DNA from: Candidatus Micrarchaeota archaeon
Lineage (GTDB): Archaea > B1Sed10-29 > JAJRYS01
NCBI GenBank assembly: GCA_964643685.1
Contig: CAZXTN010000001.1
Location: 34,967-98,966 of the forward strand
Length of the DNA stretch: 64,000 nt
Direction: 5' to 3'
Part shown: one piece after another, positions 29,568 through 39,387 of the stretch
How the letters are laid out: each line of letters begins with the position of its first letter
Position numbering within the stretch: position 1 is the first letter of the stretch
Notes under the pieces: model-generated
The model's input: only the letters and a program-made list of their open reading frames with translations
What the model was told of the DNA's origin: nothing
The model's database searches: none
Position numbers and translations under genes: made by a program

Positions 29568-30241
29568 AAAAAATAAAACAAGCAAAAAAAGAACATGAAA
29601 TAGAAAACAACCTGCCAGACGCCTTGTTTCAAATGAGCGCATCCTCCTACTACCTCCCTCCAGAACAAATGCTCCTTGACATCATAAAATCAGACTACGG
29701 GCAACTAAGCAAAGAATTTGAAAAAGCCTACACTGCAATAGAAAACGGCGAAAGCTGGAAAAACGCGCTTGAAAAATTAAAAAAAGACACAAAAAACAAG
29801 CACTTTGCAAAAGCAATAAACATGCTCACCCTAACATATGAAACAGGAAAAGAAGCAGGAACAGCATTAAGAGAAACAGCTGAAGAAATCGCAGAAGAAA
29901 TGAGAATACAAAGACAGAAAAACACTGCAATGACAATACAAAAAATAACACTAATCGCCGCAGGCGCTTTCATAATCCCCTTAATACTAGGAGTGCTAAT
30001 TTCAATGATAAACAACTTTGACTTCACAGGAATAACTGAATTTGGAATGACTCAAATGAACTTAAAAACAATAACAAAAGCAAACCAAGCATACTTAATA
30101 GAATACGGATTGCTCACAGCAGGCTTCATCTCATACCAAGAAAATAGAAAAGAAAAATTCCTAAAATACGCAGCATTAATCATAATCCCCTCACTAATAA
30201 TCTTCAACCTCGCAAAAATAGGCGCAATAAGTTTAATTTAA
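29540..30241 (+). CDS. Pilus platform protein, single T2SSF domain (TadC-like)
   Basis: 'PDALFQMSASSYY...YTAIENGESWKNALEKL...AINMLTLTYETGKEAGTALRETAEEI', then TM helices. TTG start. Overlaps the previous gene by 28 nt, so it is either a genuine split or a frameshift. Confidence 0.55.
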   Translation: MDISIKKTLKKIKQAKKEHEIENNLPDALFQMSASSYYLPPEQMLLDIIKSDYGQLSKEFEKAYTAIENGESWKNALEKLKKDTKNKHFAKAINMLTLTYETGKEAGTALRETAEEIAEEMRIQRQKNTAMTIQKITLIAAGAFIIPLILGVLISMINNFDFTGITEFGMTQMNLKTITKANQAYLIEYGLLTAGFISYQENRKEKFLKYAALIIIPSLIIFNLAKIGAISLI

Positions 30242-30267
30242 ATACTTGTTTTGAATTACATGAAATC

Positions 30268-31011
30268 ATGTGGGGAAGCAAAGTAAAAATAATCCTAGAT
30301 AAAAAAACAAACCTAAAAAACTACACGTTAATAGAAGGATTTCCGGGAATAGGACTAGTCGGCACAATAGCAGCAGGATACATAATAGAAAAAAGAAAAA
30401 TGGAACCAATAGGGCACATTGAAAGTGAATACTTCCCACCAATGGCAGCAATACACCAAGGCAAACCATACTTCCCAGCAAGAATATACAAAGACAAAAC
30501 AAGCGACTTCTGCATACTCCTATCAGAATTCATAATCCCCTCAAACATCATTTACGACTTATCAGGACAAATACTAAAATTCGCAAAAAAACAAAAAATA
30601 AGACAAATAATCTCACTAGCAGGAATGAGCTCAACAATAAAAACAAAAGAAAAAATATTCGGAATAGCATCAAACGACGAAATGCTAAACTACTTAAAAA
30701 TAAAAAAAATACCCCTAATCAACGAAGGAATAACAACAGGAATAAGCGGAGTACTCCTAGCAAAAGCAAGCTCAATAGACTACCCAGTAACAAGCCTACT
30801 CATCAAATCAAGCATAGAATACCCAGACCCAAGAGCAGCAGCAGAACTAATACAAAAACTAGGAGACGTAATAGGACTAGAAGTAGACACAAAAGAACTG
30901 CTAAAAGAAGCCAAAACAATAGAAACAAAATTCAAAGGAATGATACAAAACATACAACAAATGAAAAACTACAAAAAAGCAGAACAAGGCGAACTACCAA
31001 TGTACGGCTGA
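30268..31011 (+). CDS. PAC2 (proteasome assembly chaperone 2) family protein
   Basis: 'LIEGFPGIGLVGTIAAGYII' glycine-rich motif and the overall approximately 250-aa architecture of archaeal PAC2/COG1938 proteins. Confidence 0.6.
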   Translation: MWGSKVKIILDKKTNLKNYTLIEGFPGIGLVGTIAAGYIIEKRKMEPIGHIESEYFPPMAAIHQGKPYFPARIYKDKTSDFCILLSEFIIPSNIIYDLSGQILKFAKKQKIRQIISLAGMSSTIKTKEKIFGIASNDEMLNYLKIKKIPLINEGITTGISGVLLAKASSIDYPVTSLLIKSSIEYPDPRAAAELIQKLGDVIGLEVDTKELLKEAKTIETKFKGMIQNIQQMKNYKKAEQGELPMYG

Positions 31012-31285
31012 ACAAACTTTTGAAAAGGTTGTATCAAACAAGCCACCTGCACTTTGCTTGGTGACTTAATTCAAAAACCAAAGGTTTTTGAAAATGTTTT
31101 GCTTTCGGCAAAAATGACAACTGAACAAACTTTTGAAAAGTCAATCACAACTTTCAGTTGCTCAAACCTTTACTTTTGACAAAGCAAAGTTTGTATCAAA
31201 CAGATCATCTTCGGTGCAAAGCACCTCGATGCTCTTGTTCAAACTTCTCTGAAGTTTGAAATGTTTTGCCTTTAACAAGGCAAAA
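31008..31285. repeat. Intergenic direct repeats plus two copies of a conserved hairpin element
   Basis: Identical 20-mer 'ctgaacaaacttttgaaaag' at 31008-31027 and 31121-31140. 17-mer 'aaag(g/t)ttgtatcaaaca' at 31024-31040 and 31186-31202. 'tttgaaa(a)tg' followed by the hairpin ttttgc-tttcg-gcaaaa (31097-31113) and ttttgcc-tttaacaa-ggcaaaa (31264-31285). Confidence 0.5.
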
Positions 31286-31472
31286 AAAGCCAATCATAAC
31301 TCAACCTGTCTCAAACTACTTTTTTTCACTTCAACTCATGAAACAACCAATACTTATTTAATACCTAAAAGAGTTAATACTAAATGCGGAGGAAAAAAAG
31401 CATTCCAAAAAACACCAAACAAAACATTATTCAAACGCAATTAGCAAATTAATCTCAAAAAGGTTCTTAAAA

Positions 31473-32012
31473 ATGACTGAATTACAAGACTTCTGGAAAC
31501 TAATGTCACCAAGATTCACAGCACTAGTTACAACAATGGACGCAAAAGGAAGAGCAGACGTAAGCCCATTCTCATGGATAACACCAGTCAGCTTCAACCC
31601 CCCATTACTAATGATAGCAGTAGGGCCAAACAAGCACTCATACTGGAACCTCACTCAGAAAAAAGAATTCGTAGTAAACATACCAACTGAAAAAATGCTT
31701 GAAAAAATATGGACAGCAGGAGAAAAATGGGACCCTGAAATATCAAAAATAGAAAGAGCAGGGCTAAAAACAGGAAAATCAGAAAAAGTAGGCCCGCCTC
31801 GATTAACAGAATGCGTAGCAAACATAGAATGCTACCTAGAAGAAGCTAAAAAAGCAGGAGACCACATAATAATCATAGGCAGAATAGTTGCAATACACGT
31901 CAAAGAAGATTACTTAGACGACGAAGGCAGGCTAAAAGTCGACTTAATCAGAAACCCACTGCACATCGCAGACAACTTATTCGCATTCCCCTACGTGACA
32001 AAAGAAGCTTAA
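31473..32012 (+). CDS. Flavin reductase-like (FMN-binding split-barrel) domain protein
   Basis: 'PRFTALVTTMDAKGRADVSPFSW...PPLLMIAVGPNKHSYWNLTQKKEFVVNIP' matches the flavin reductase-like domain family. Confidence 0.65.
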   Translation: MTELQDFWKLMSPRFTALVTTMDAKGRADVSPFSWITPVSFNPPLLMIAVGPNKHSYWNLTQKKEFVVNIPTEKMLEKIWTAGEKWDPEISKIERAGLKTGKSEKVGPPRLTECVANIECYLEEAKKAGDHIIIIGRIVAIHVKEDYLDDEGRLKVDLIRNPLHIADNLFAFPYVTKEA

Positions 32013-32105
32013 AAAAAGCAGACAATAACTTTTTAATAAGCAAAACCCTCTTAACAACATAATAAACTAACTCAAAAAAAAATAAGAAGAGGGAAGAAAA
32101 ATAAA

Positions 32106-33278
32106 ATGCTCAACTTCTGGATTTACTCATACATAGGAAGCTTTTTCGGAAGCATAAGCTTCGGATACTTTCTGCTGAGATACGGCTTGCCTGACATCAG
32201 AACACTTCCACAGCAAATAAAATTAGGATTAAGCGGATTCGCAGGACTCCTAATCTTCACAATAAGCGCGTTAATTTCATACTTCCTACTGACACCAATG
32301 TTTACCTATGCATTAATGCCAATACTTACTTTCATAGCACTAATAGGCATAACAGTAAAAAACAAACTCTTCTCACCTAAAACAATAAAAATAGCAGTGC
32401 CAGTAGTGAAAATAAAACAAAAAAAACAAGAAATGAAACAAGCACAACCTCCTGCTAAAAAGCAAAAAACTGAAAAAATAAACGTAAAACAAGTGCTTCA
32501 GAAAATTGCTGAAAAAACAAAAAAGAAACCAGAACAAAAAACTGAAACTAAAAAAGAACAACACAAAATAGAAAAAGAACAGCAGAAAACAGAAGAAGTT
32601 AAAAAACCAGTCAAGCTTGAAATACAGCCAGAGAAACACGAACAAGGAAAGCCGAAAGCAGAAGTGCCTAAAGAATCGCCTTACCTGCTTCACAGAAGAA
32701 AAGAAAAAACAGAGGAAAAAACAACTGAAAAACAAGAAGCACCAAGCAAAACTGAAGAAAAGAGAGGAGAGAAAGAGTTATCTCGTCGTGAAAGGTACTT
32801 GAAAAGAAGAGGGTTGTTAATAGAACAAGCAAAAGCTGACTTGACAAAACCAAAAGAACTTAAGAAAGAAAGCGCGCCTCTTCCAATCATTCCAGAAGAA
32901 GAAGTGCAGCTTGAATTCGGAGAAGGGCTTGACTTAAGTGACTTAGAATCAGTTGACTCATTAAGCGAACTAAGTTCACTAGACGAAGACACTTCACTTG
33001 AAGGGTTAGGGGGATTAGATGAATTAAGCTCCCTTGACTCTGAAGACTTAAGCAACTTAGGAGGCTTAAGCATAGAACAGGAGGTTAAAAAAGAAAAAGG
33101 AATGAGCTGCCCAACATGCGGCGCAAAAAACGCCAAGATAATATACTGCCCGTACTGCGGAAAAGGATTCTGTTCAAACTGTTCATTGAAAGTGCAGAGA
33201 AAAGGAGACTTGGTAATATACCAATGTCCTAACTGCAAAAAAGAAGTCATAGTAAAAGAAGAAAAAAAAGGTATATAA
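32106..33278 (+). CDS. Membrane protein with Lys/Glu-rich linker, acidic 'SLD/ELS' repeats and C-terminal double zinc ribbon
   Basis: 2-3 N-terminal TM helices. 'LDLSDLESVDSLSELSSLDEDTSLEGLGGLDELSSLDSEDLSNLGGL'. 'CPTCGAKNAKIIYCPYCGKGFCSNCSLKVQRKGDLVIYQCPNCKK'. Confidence 0.5.
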   Translation: MLNFWIYSYIGSFFGSISFGYFLLRYGLPDIRTLPQQIKLGLSGFAGLLIFTISALISYFLLTPMFTYALMPILTFIALIGITVKNKLFSPKTIKIAVPVVKIKQKKQEMKQAQPPAKKQKTEKINVKQVLQKIAEKTKKKPEQKTETKKEQHKIEKEQQKTEEVKKPVKLEIQPEKHEQGKPKAEVPKESPYLLHRRKEKTEEKTTEKQEAPSKTEEKRGEKELSRRERYLKRRGLLIEQAKADLTKPKELKKESAPLPIIPEEEVQLEFGEGLDLSDLESVDSLSELSSLDEDTSLEGLGGLDELSSLDSEDLSNLGGLSIEQEVKKEKGMSCPTCGAKNAKIIYCPYCGKGFCSNCSLKVQRKGDLVIYQCPNCKKEVIVKEEKKGI

Positions 33279-33304
33279 ACAAAAACTGATTTTAAAAAAA
33301 ACAT

Positions 33305-33745
33305 ATGAACCTTAATTTTCTCAGCACTTTCCTGCTGTACCTCTGGTTTAACATAAACAATTTCAAAATATTTGTCATAGGAGGAACAGCAGCAGTATCA
33401 ACAATCGCCTTCTTATTCATTTACTTCCAAGACAAGTACACAAACAAAAAGCAGCCTACAGCAGTGAAAATACTCATAGCTTTTACAATCTACTGGGTAA
33501 TAAACCAAGTGCTGAACATCCTATCAGGAACATTCACAATAAACCTAAAAGCAATAATCATAAATTACATCTACTACTTCATAATAATTTACATCGGAAC
33601 AATCATATACTCTAGAATAAAACAAGCAGCAAGCGAATGGGAAATGCCAAAAGCAATCAAAACATACTTAATTACCCTTGCAACAACTTTAATAATAATG
33701 ACAGCCATTTACTTAATATCGCAAATAGGAGCAAGTTACATATGA
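33305..33745 (+). CDS. Small polytopic membrane protein
   Basis: Hydrophobic ORF. Its stop overlaps the next start (ATATGA). Confidence 0.4.
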   Translation: MNLNFLSTFLLYLWFNINNFKIFVIGGTAAVSTIAFLFIYFQDKYTNKKQPTAVKILIAFTIYWVINQVLNILSGTFTINLKAIIINYIYYFIIIYIGTIIYSRIKQAASEWEMPKAIKTYLITLATTLIIMTAIYLISQIGASYI

Positions 33746-34413
33746 AAACAAGACAATTAACCACAATCATACTAGCAATTGCAGTAATAACAACAATATT
33801 CACAGCAACAGCAAACTCCTACCAAAAATCAGCAAAATACGGCTGCTGGACAAACGACAACCAAACATACTACTGCCCAAAAGCAACAACAGTAAGAGAC
33901 AAACAAATCACATTCTACACTCCAATAACCTGCTACATCCTTAATTCAAGCGTGCAATGCTCAAGCGACTGCGGGCAATACGTGGACTACGGATGCTACG
34001 CATACATCTCATTCGAAGAAGCATTCAAAGTAAACACATGCGAAAAAAAATACACAAACGAAACACTAGGAGAAGACGTAAACTGCAAAGACACTTTAAT
34101 CAACCCAACTGACTTGCACTTGACAGCAGTTAATGTCAATGAAATTGACTACTCAAAATGCACTCAAAGAGTGAATGAAAGCGTGCTGGTAATAGAATGC
34201 CCACAGTATAATGGAAAAACAGCACAGGCAATCCTTCAAACAACAGACGCTGAAATGTTCGACATAATCGACTTCAAAACACAACCAAGCTTAATTGACT
34301 TAATAACTCAAAACTTAATTTATTTAATCCTCCTTGCAGTAATAATAATACTAGCAAAAACAAATTTTATAAAGCCAAGCAAGATGAAAAAATCTAAAAA
34401 AAGGAAGAGTTGA
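33743..34413 (+). CDS. Secreted Cys-rich protein with C-terminal TM anchor and basic tail
   Basis: Signal-like 'MKTRQLTTIILAIAVITTIFTATA', about 16 Cys, C-terminal 'LIYLILLAVIIILAKTNFIKPSKMKKSKKRKS'. Confidence 0.45.
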
Positions 34414-34416
34414 AAA

Positions 34417-37400
34417 ATGAAAATAAAGAAAAAAGCAAAATTCAGCTATGAAAAAGCATCCTTGTTCTTAATCATAATACTAATAGGCACTTCATTAACT
34501 CCTTTTGCTTACTCCATAAAGCCAGCAGAACAACAAACAGACAAACTAAACTTGTTTGTAAAAATAGGAGCAGGAGGAGAAGCATGCAAAGACAAAGTCT
34601 GGATAGACAAACTTGACTGGAACGAATACCACAAACTAGTCAACGACACAATAACACAAGTAGACGCCTTCGGAAACAAAGAAGCCGGCGAAAGAGAACA
34701 AAACATGGAAAACGCTGGAATACCCTCAAACCCAGATGCAATTGGAATGGACAAGCAGTACATACCAGGAGTAGACGGCAAACCAGCTCTCTTATACGAC
34801 GTCATTGGAAAAAAAGCAGTGAACACAAACGACTACTGCTACTTAAACAACTTAGTGACAACAGGAAGAATATCCTACGCAACAAGACTAAAAGGATTCA
34901 TAAGATACTGCTCAAACAACTCAGCAGAATGCGAACAAAGAATAACAAAAGACGAACAAAGTGAAATAGAAGACGCTATAAAAAACGAACTCAAGCCATT
35001 AAAAGAACAAATAGACAAAGACAACCCAGACTGGGAAAAAATAAAAGAAAACATTAACAAATACAAAAACGAAAACACGCAATTCAAAGAAGCACTCTCA
35101 CAAACAAACTTAATAAAAGAACTTGACAAAACAGAACCAGACAAAGCAACAGTATCAAAAGAAATGGCAAACCTAGGCTCAGTGCTTGTAATAAAACAAG
35201 CAAGCACAGAAACACCAGAATCCTACGTAGAAAGCCCATCAATAGAACTAACAGTAAACGCAGACCAATTCCTACTAAGCCCAAAAACACTTCAAAACTG
35301 GCTCGCCTTCCTAAAATCATTTGCATCATTAGATACTGTAGTAACTGCAATGAATGTGCTTAACATGGCATCAATTGGAAGAGGAGGGAAAGGAGCAGCA
35401 GAGGTTATAGAAGGAGCTGAAACAGCTGCAAAAGCAGAGAAAGTAAGTTGGGTTACAAAATGGGGAAGAAGGTTATTTGGAACAACAGAGGGGGTTAATG
35501 CTGGAAGAGCAACAGAATTAATGAAAATAGGGGAAGCAGCAGAAATGGACGCACAAGTCCTAAAAAATGCGGAAAGGATAGCTAAAGCAACAGAAGAACT
35601 TAAAGGAGTAAATAAAGCAGATGAGATATTGAGTATATTAAAAAAAAGATCAAATACAATAAGAGAGGCAATAGAAGATACAAATAAGGGATTAAGTAAG
35701 AACATAGAAGAATTAGAGAAAATTAAAAATCCCTCAAACGAAGTAAAGAGTTTGATAAAACAACAAAAGGATATTTTGAAAGATGGAGAGAGCCTAGTAA
35801 AAAGGTTAGAAGTTTTAGAAGGAGGAAGTAATACAATCACAGATCCTTCGCTATTCGTAGGAGCCATTAACAAATTTGAAGAAGGGGTTAAAAATCTTAA
35901 AAATCCATCTCGTTCTTGGGAATGGTATGAAAAAATGAAAGCATTAGAAACTGCAGGAAGCTTAAAAGGAAAAGTAGGGGTAAAAGTTTTTGAATTTATA
36001 CAAGCAGTGTTCCAAAGTAAATTTTTAAATCCATTAAAATTAATGATTAGATTTCAAAAAGTAACATGGATAACATATGGTTTAATGTGGATAAACGATC
36101 AAGCATTAAGGCAACCAATTTATGAATCAAATGGAGCATTAATGATAATAAATGAAAAAACAACAAAAACAGCACATATGAGAGAAGCACAATCTTACTT
36201 AGATATTAAAAAAACAGTAGATTCAAGAGCGTACGCTCAACATTTAAGTGGATTAGTTGATACTTTCTGGAATTTGATAGGAGTCAAAACAGAATCAAAA
36301 CTAACTAGAAAATTAAAGACAATTCAAGACATTGTATTTATTTACGACCAAGATGCTTATGCTTCAAAAATAACAGGAAACAATCCAATAAACATTGTAT
36401 CAAGTCCTCTTGAAACAGGAAGCGAGTGGAAATTCTTCTCAACAGTAAATGACAAAGCAGTAGTATACAACTTCGAACACCCGAATGGATACAAAGGAGG
36501 AGGAAAATACTCAGCATTAGCATTTGAAATAAAAAACATAAATTTAGGGGCAGTAATAGCAGAGTCAAGTAATAAATTTAACACGCCATTAACAGGCCCG
36601 GTAAGAGCAATAGGAGTAATAAGAGATTTAATAGGGGCAACAATGCTATTTAGTTTTGCACCAGCATCAGCAACAGCAGCAGTGACAACAGCAGGAAAAG
36701 TTTTTTACGCATTGCCTGCAATGGCAGTAGCAGGAGTGTCAACTTATGGTGTAATTAAAGGAGCTTTCCCAATGTATACTCAAGAAATGTATGATATTAC
36801 ACAAGAAACAACAGCAAATGTAAACAGTTTAGAAGAGATATATGATAATCCAGATGCAACACTCTGTTCAGATGCAATTAATAAAGGAACATTTGGAGAC
36901 AAGAATGCAGTAACAGCTTTAAAATGGGCTATTGCAGCAACAGCTTTCATTTCACTTGTTGCATCAGATTCAGGAATAGGAAAACCAATAGGAATAGTTT
37001 CTGATTTAATAAATATGGGATTAAGTTGGAAAGAAGAGAAGATAGAGGAGGAGGTAAATGAAAAATTAAGCAATTGTGTTGAAACTGAATTTGATGCAGT
37101 GGCTTACAAGGACATGTTAAGTGACACTGAACTTCAGCAGAATTCAGCGCAGGCTTTACAGCCTCTTCAAGAAGAAATGTTTAACTTAATGGGAAGCATG
37201 AGCCCGCAGGCAACTGAAGCTCTTCAAAGCATTACAACCAACATTGTACAGAACACTTTAAGTGTCACAGGAGAATTATATGACAAGAATATTGTAACAA
37301 CAACAGGAAAAGAAATTTACAATATTCACTTCAAAGACGGGGCTATAAAATGGTTCCAAAGCGACAACTGCAAGATACAATTATGCCAGCAGGAAGAAGG

Positions 37401-38772
37401 CACTACAAGGTATAAATGTGATACTCAGCAAGGTTACATGTTATATGATGAAAATGGAGAATTAGTTCTGGATGGCGCTCCGCAGGCATTGAGTTTATAC
37501 ACTGATTTTGAAACAGGAAACATGAACATAGTTCAGAAAGTAATTGAAATAGCCAAGGATTCAGAAAACCCTTCAACGCAGTTTGAAATAACAAAAGATG
37601 GAATAAAAGTTAAAAGCACTTGCTTGAAGTCAAATATTAAAAAATTACTTGGCTTGACAGGAGACAACATGGAAAGAGTTTCAGAAAATGACATTGACTC
37701 TAAAATTGAAACAAGCCTCGGTAACTTAGAAGCAATATATACTGAAGATGCTAACTTGTGGTTTGATGAAAACGGCTTGCTTTCAATTCAATTTACAAAA
37801 GACACTGGCAGTTACGCTGCAGGGGAAATACAAAGAGTGAAAAAGGCAAAAATAGAGTTTGAAAACACTAACAATGGATTGATGAAAATAACAGGAGATG
37901 ACGGCTATTCATTAAGCCTTGAATTAGGTTCAAAAGGAGTCATTTCATTCAAAAACGGAATGCTGAGGTCAGGTTTGATTCAAACAAAAGAAGATGGAGA
38001 CAAAGTTGATTTTTCAAACCAGTTCCACTTGTTCATATACGGCTTAACTGAATTCACAGTGTCAGATATTAACAGCATAAACATAAGCGATTACTGCAAT
38101 GAAGACGGCACTTTAAACGGAGTCAAGCTTCAAGCTGACTTGGCATTAGGAGACCTTGACGCAAGCCAAGTTAACAACGTATTAAGTGACATTTGCTTCA
38201 GTGAATTTGAAACTGCAAATGGAGGACACGTGTCAATAAGAAACGGGCAATTATGCATACAAAAGCCAAATGGAGAAGAAGAATGCACTGACGTAACTGA
38301 AACAGATGAGGGCTTGAAAGCAGCAGACGGCAGCATTTGGAAAATAGAAAACGGCCCAAACGGACCTGAATGGTGGCAGTACATAAACGGCAAAAGAACA
38401 GGCAATCCTCTTCCAATACTAAACATGAACGGCTTAGGAGGAAGCTGGACAACAGGAGCAGACGGCAGAATAAGCATTAAAAACACTTTCCCATTCGCAT
38501 TAAACCCTTCATTCAACCAATACGGAGCAGGAGGACTTGGTTTAATGACTCCTCAACTGCCTCCATGGGGAGGAAGAGTAGAAGCAAAACAAGCAACGCA
38601 AGGAACAGGAGGACAAGGAACTCAAAACAATGTAATTGCACAGTTGCCTGGATTACCTGAAAACCCATACTGGTTTGCCTTGTTCATAATCACTTTAATC
38701 AGCAGCTTGATAATCATAAGAATAAAATACTCAGATGAAGAAGTAAAGCAAATAATTAAAAAACAAGAATAA
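34417..38772 (+). CDS. Giant (1451 aa) cell-surface protein with N-terminal signal and C-terminal TM anchor
   Basis: 'MKIKKKAKFSYEKASLFLIIILIGTSLTPFAYS' signal. C-terminal 'PYWFALFIITLISSLIIIRIKY' plus charged tail. No enzymatic motifs. Synonymous-codon style changes inside the gene. Confidence 0.6.
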   Translation: MKIKKKAKFSYEKASLFLIIILIGTSLTPFAYSIKPAEQQTDKLNLFVKIGAGGEACKDKVWIDKLDWNEYHKLVNDTITQVDAFGNKEAGEREQNMENAGIPSNPDAIGMDKQYIPGVDGKPALLYDVIGKKAVNTNDYCYLNNLVTTGRISYATRLKGFIRYCSNNSAECEQRITKDEQSEIEDAIKNELKPLKEQIDKDNPDWEKIKENINKYKNENTQFKEALSQTNLIKELDKTEPDKATVSKEMANLGSVLVIKQASTETPESYVESPSIELTVNADQFLLSPKTLQNWLAFLKSFASLDTVVTAMNVLNMASIGRGGKGAAEVIEGAETAAKAEKVSWVTKWGRRLFGTTEGVNAGRATELMKIGEAAEMDAQVLKNAERIAKATEELKGVNKADEILSILKKRSNTIREAIEDTNKGLSKNIEELEKIKNPSNEVKSLIKQQKDILKDGESLVKRLEVLEGGSNTITDPSLFVGAINKFEEGVKNLKNPSRSWEWYEKMKALETAGSLKGKVGVKVFEFIQAVFQSKFLNPLKLMIRFQKVTWITYGLMWINDQALRQPIYESNGALMIINEKTTKTAHMREAQSYLDIKKTVDSRAYAQHLSGLVDTFWNLIGVKTESKLTRKLKTIQDIVFIYDQDAYASKITGNNPINIVSSPLETGSEWKFFSTVNDKAVVYNFEHPNGYKGGGKYSALAFEIKNINLGAVIAESSNKFNTPLTGPVRAIGVIRDLIGATMLFSFAPASATAAVTTAGKVFYALPAMAVAGVSTYGVIKGAFPMYTQEMYDITQETTANVNSLEEIYDNPDATLCSDAINKGTFGDKNAVTALKWAIAATAFISLVASDSGIGKPIGIVSDLINMGLSWKEEKIEEEVNEKLSNCVETEFDAVAYKDMLSDTELQQNSAQALQPLQEEMFNLMGSMSPQATEALQSITTNIVQNTLSVTGELYDKNIVTTTGKEIYNIHFKDGAIKWFQSDNCKIQLCQQEEGTTRYKCDTQQGYMLYDENGELVLDGAPQALSLYTDFETGNMNIVQKVIEIAKDSENPSTQFEITKDGIKVKSTCLKSNIKKLLGLTGDNMERVSENDIDSKIETSLGNLEAIYTEDANLWFDENGLLSIQFTKDTGSYAAGEIQRVKKAKIEFENTNNGLMKITGDDGYSLSLELGSKGVISFKNGMLRSGLIQTKEDGDKVDFSNQFHLFIYGLTEFTVSDINSINISDYCNEDGTLNGVKLQADLALGDLDASQVNNVLSDICFSEFETANGGHVSIRNGQLCIQKPNGEEECTDVTETDEGLKAADGSIWKIENGPNGPEWWQYINGKRTGNPLPILNMNGLGGSWTTGADGRISIKNTFPFALNPSFNQYGAGGLGLMTPQLPPWGGRVEAKQATQGTGGQGTQNNVIAQLPGLPENPYWFALFIITLISSLIIIRIKYSDEEVKQIIKKQE

Positions 38773-38822
38773 GAAAAGAAATACTTCAGTTTTTTATACT
38801 CCTTGTTCTTTACTCTAATTTA

Positions 38823-39380
38823 ATGAAATTGCAGAAAAAAGGCCAGGAATCAGCGCCTATTGAATTGTTAATAGGAGTAACTATCCTAACATTCGTGTTA
38901 ATTATTGGGTTTTATGTCCTGCAACAAGCATCTTCACAGCAATACGAGCAAAAACTAAAAGCAAGTTTCAGCAACTTTGCAAGAGACATAGAAGCAGTTT
39001 ATTTAGGAAGTGTAGGCACAAGTTTCAGGACACAAGTTGACTTCACGCCCTCTGGAAGCGGAAACGACTTTGTAATTTCATCAATTCAATTAAAACAAGG
39101 ACTCTCTCCTACGTGCAGTGCCCAAACTGGAAGAAGCGACTGCATGGAATTATATGCTTACAAGAGAGACAAGTACGGCAATGAAAACTTGTTCCTAGCA
39201 GAAGTCATAAACATTCCAAGCAGCGTAAGCATAATAGGAAGCTTTTCAAACTGCCAAGGAGGAAATTTAAGTGAAATAGGAAGTAGAGAGAGTAACCCAG
39301 ATTGCTTCATTACCCCTACAAGCCACTCTTTTATTTTGACAAAAACAGGACCTAATGAAATCACTATAAGCGAAGGATGA
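38823..39380 (+). CDS. Pilin-like protein with class III (KGQ) signal peptide
   Basis: 'MKLQKKGQ/ESAPIELLIGVTILTFVLIIGFYVL'. Confidence 0.5.
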   Translation: MKLQKKGQESAPIELLIGVTILTFVLIIGFYVLQQASSQQYEQKLKASFSNFARDIEAVYLGSVGTSFRTQVDFTPSGSGNDFVISSIQLKQGLSPTCSAQTGRSDCMELYAYKRDKYGNENLFLAEVINIPSSVSIIGSFSNCQGGNLSEIGSRESNPDCFITPTSHSFILTKTGPNEITISEG

Positions 39381-39387
39381 ATTTAAA

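Noticed and set aside
31008-31285. Possible CRISPR array or tRNA in the long intergenic spacer
   Set aside because: Only two copies of each repeat, with unequal spacing. No repeat-spacer periodicity. No GC-rich cloverleaf-compatible 70-90-nt segment. Kept only as a generic repeat or structured element.
31256-31444. 62-aa plus-strand ORF in the repeat-containing spacer
   Set aside because: It spans the hairpin and repeat region, and has neither a hydrophobic nor a motif-bearing product. Most likely spurious.
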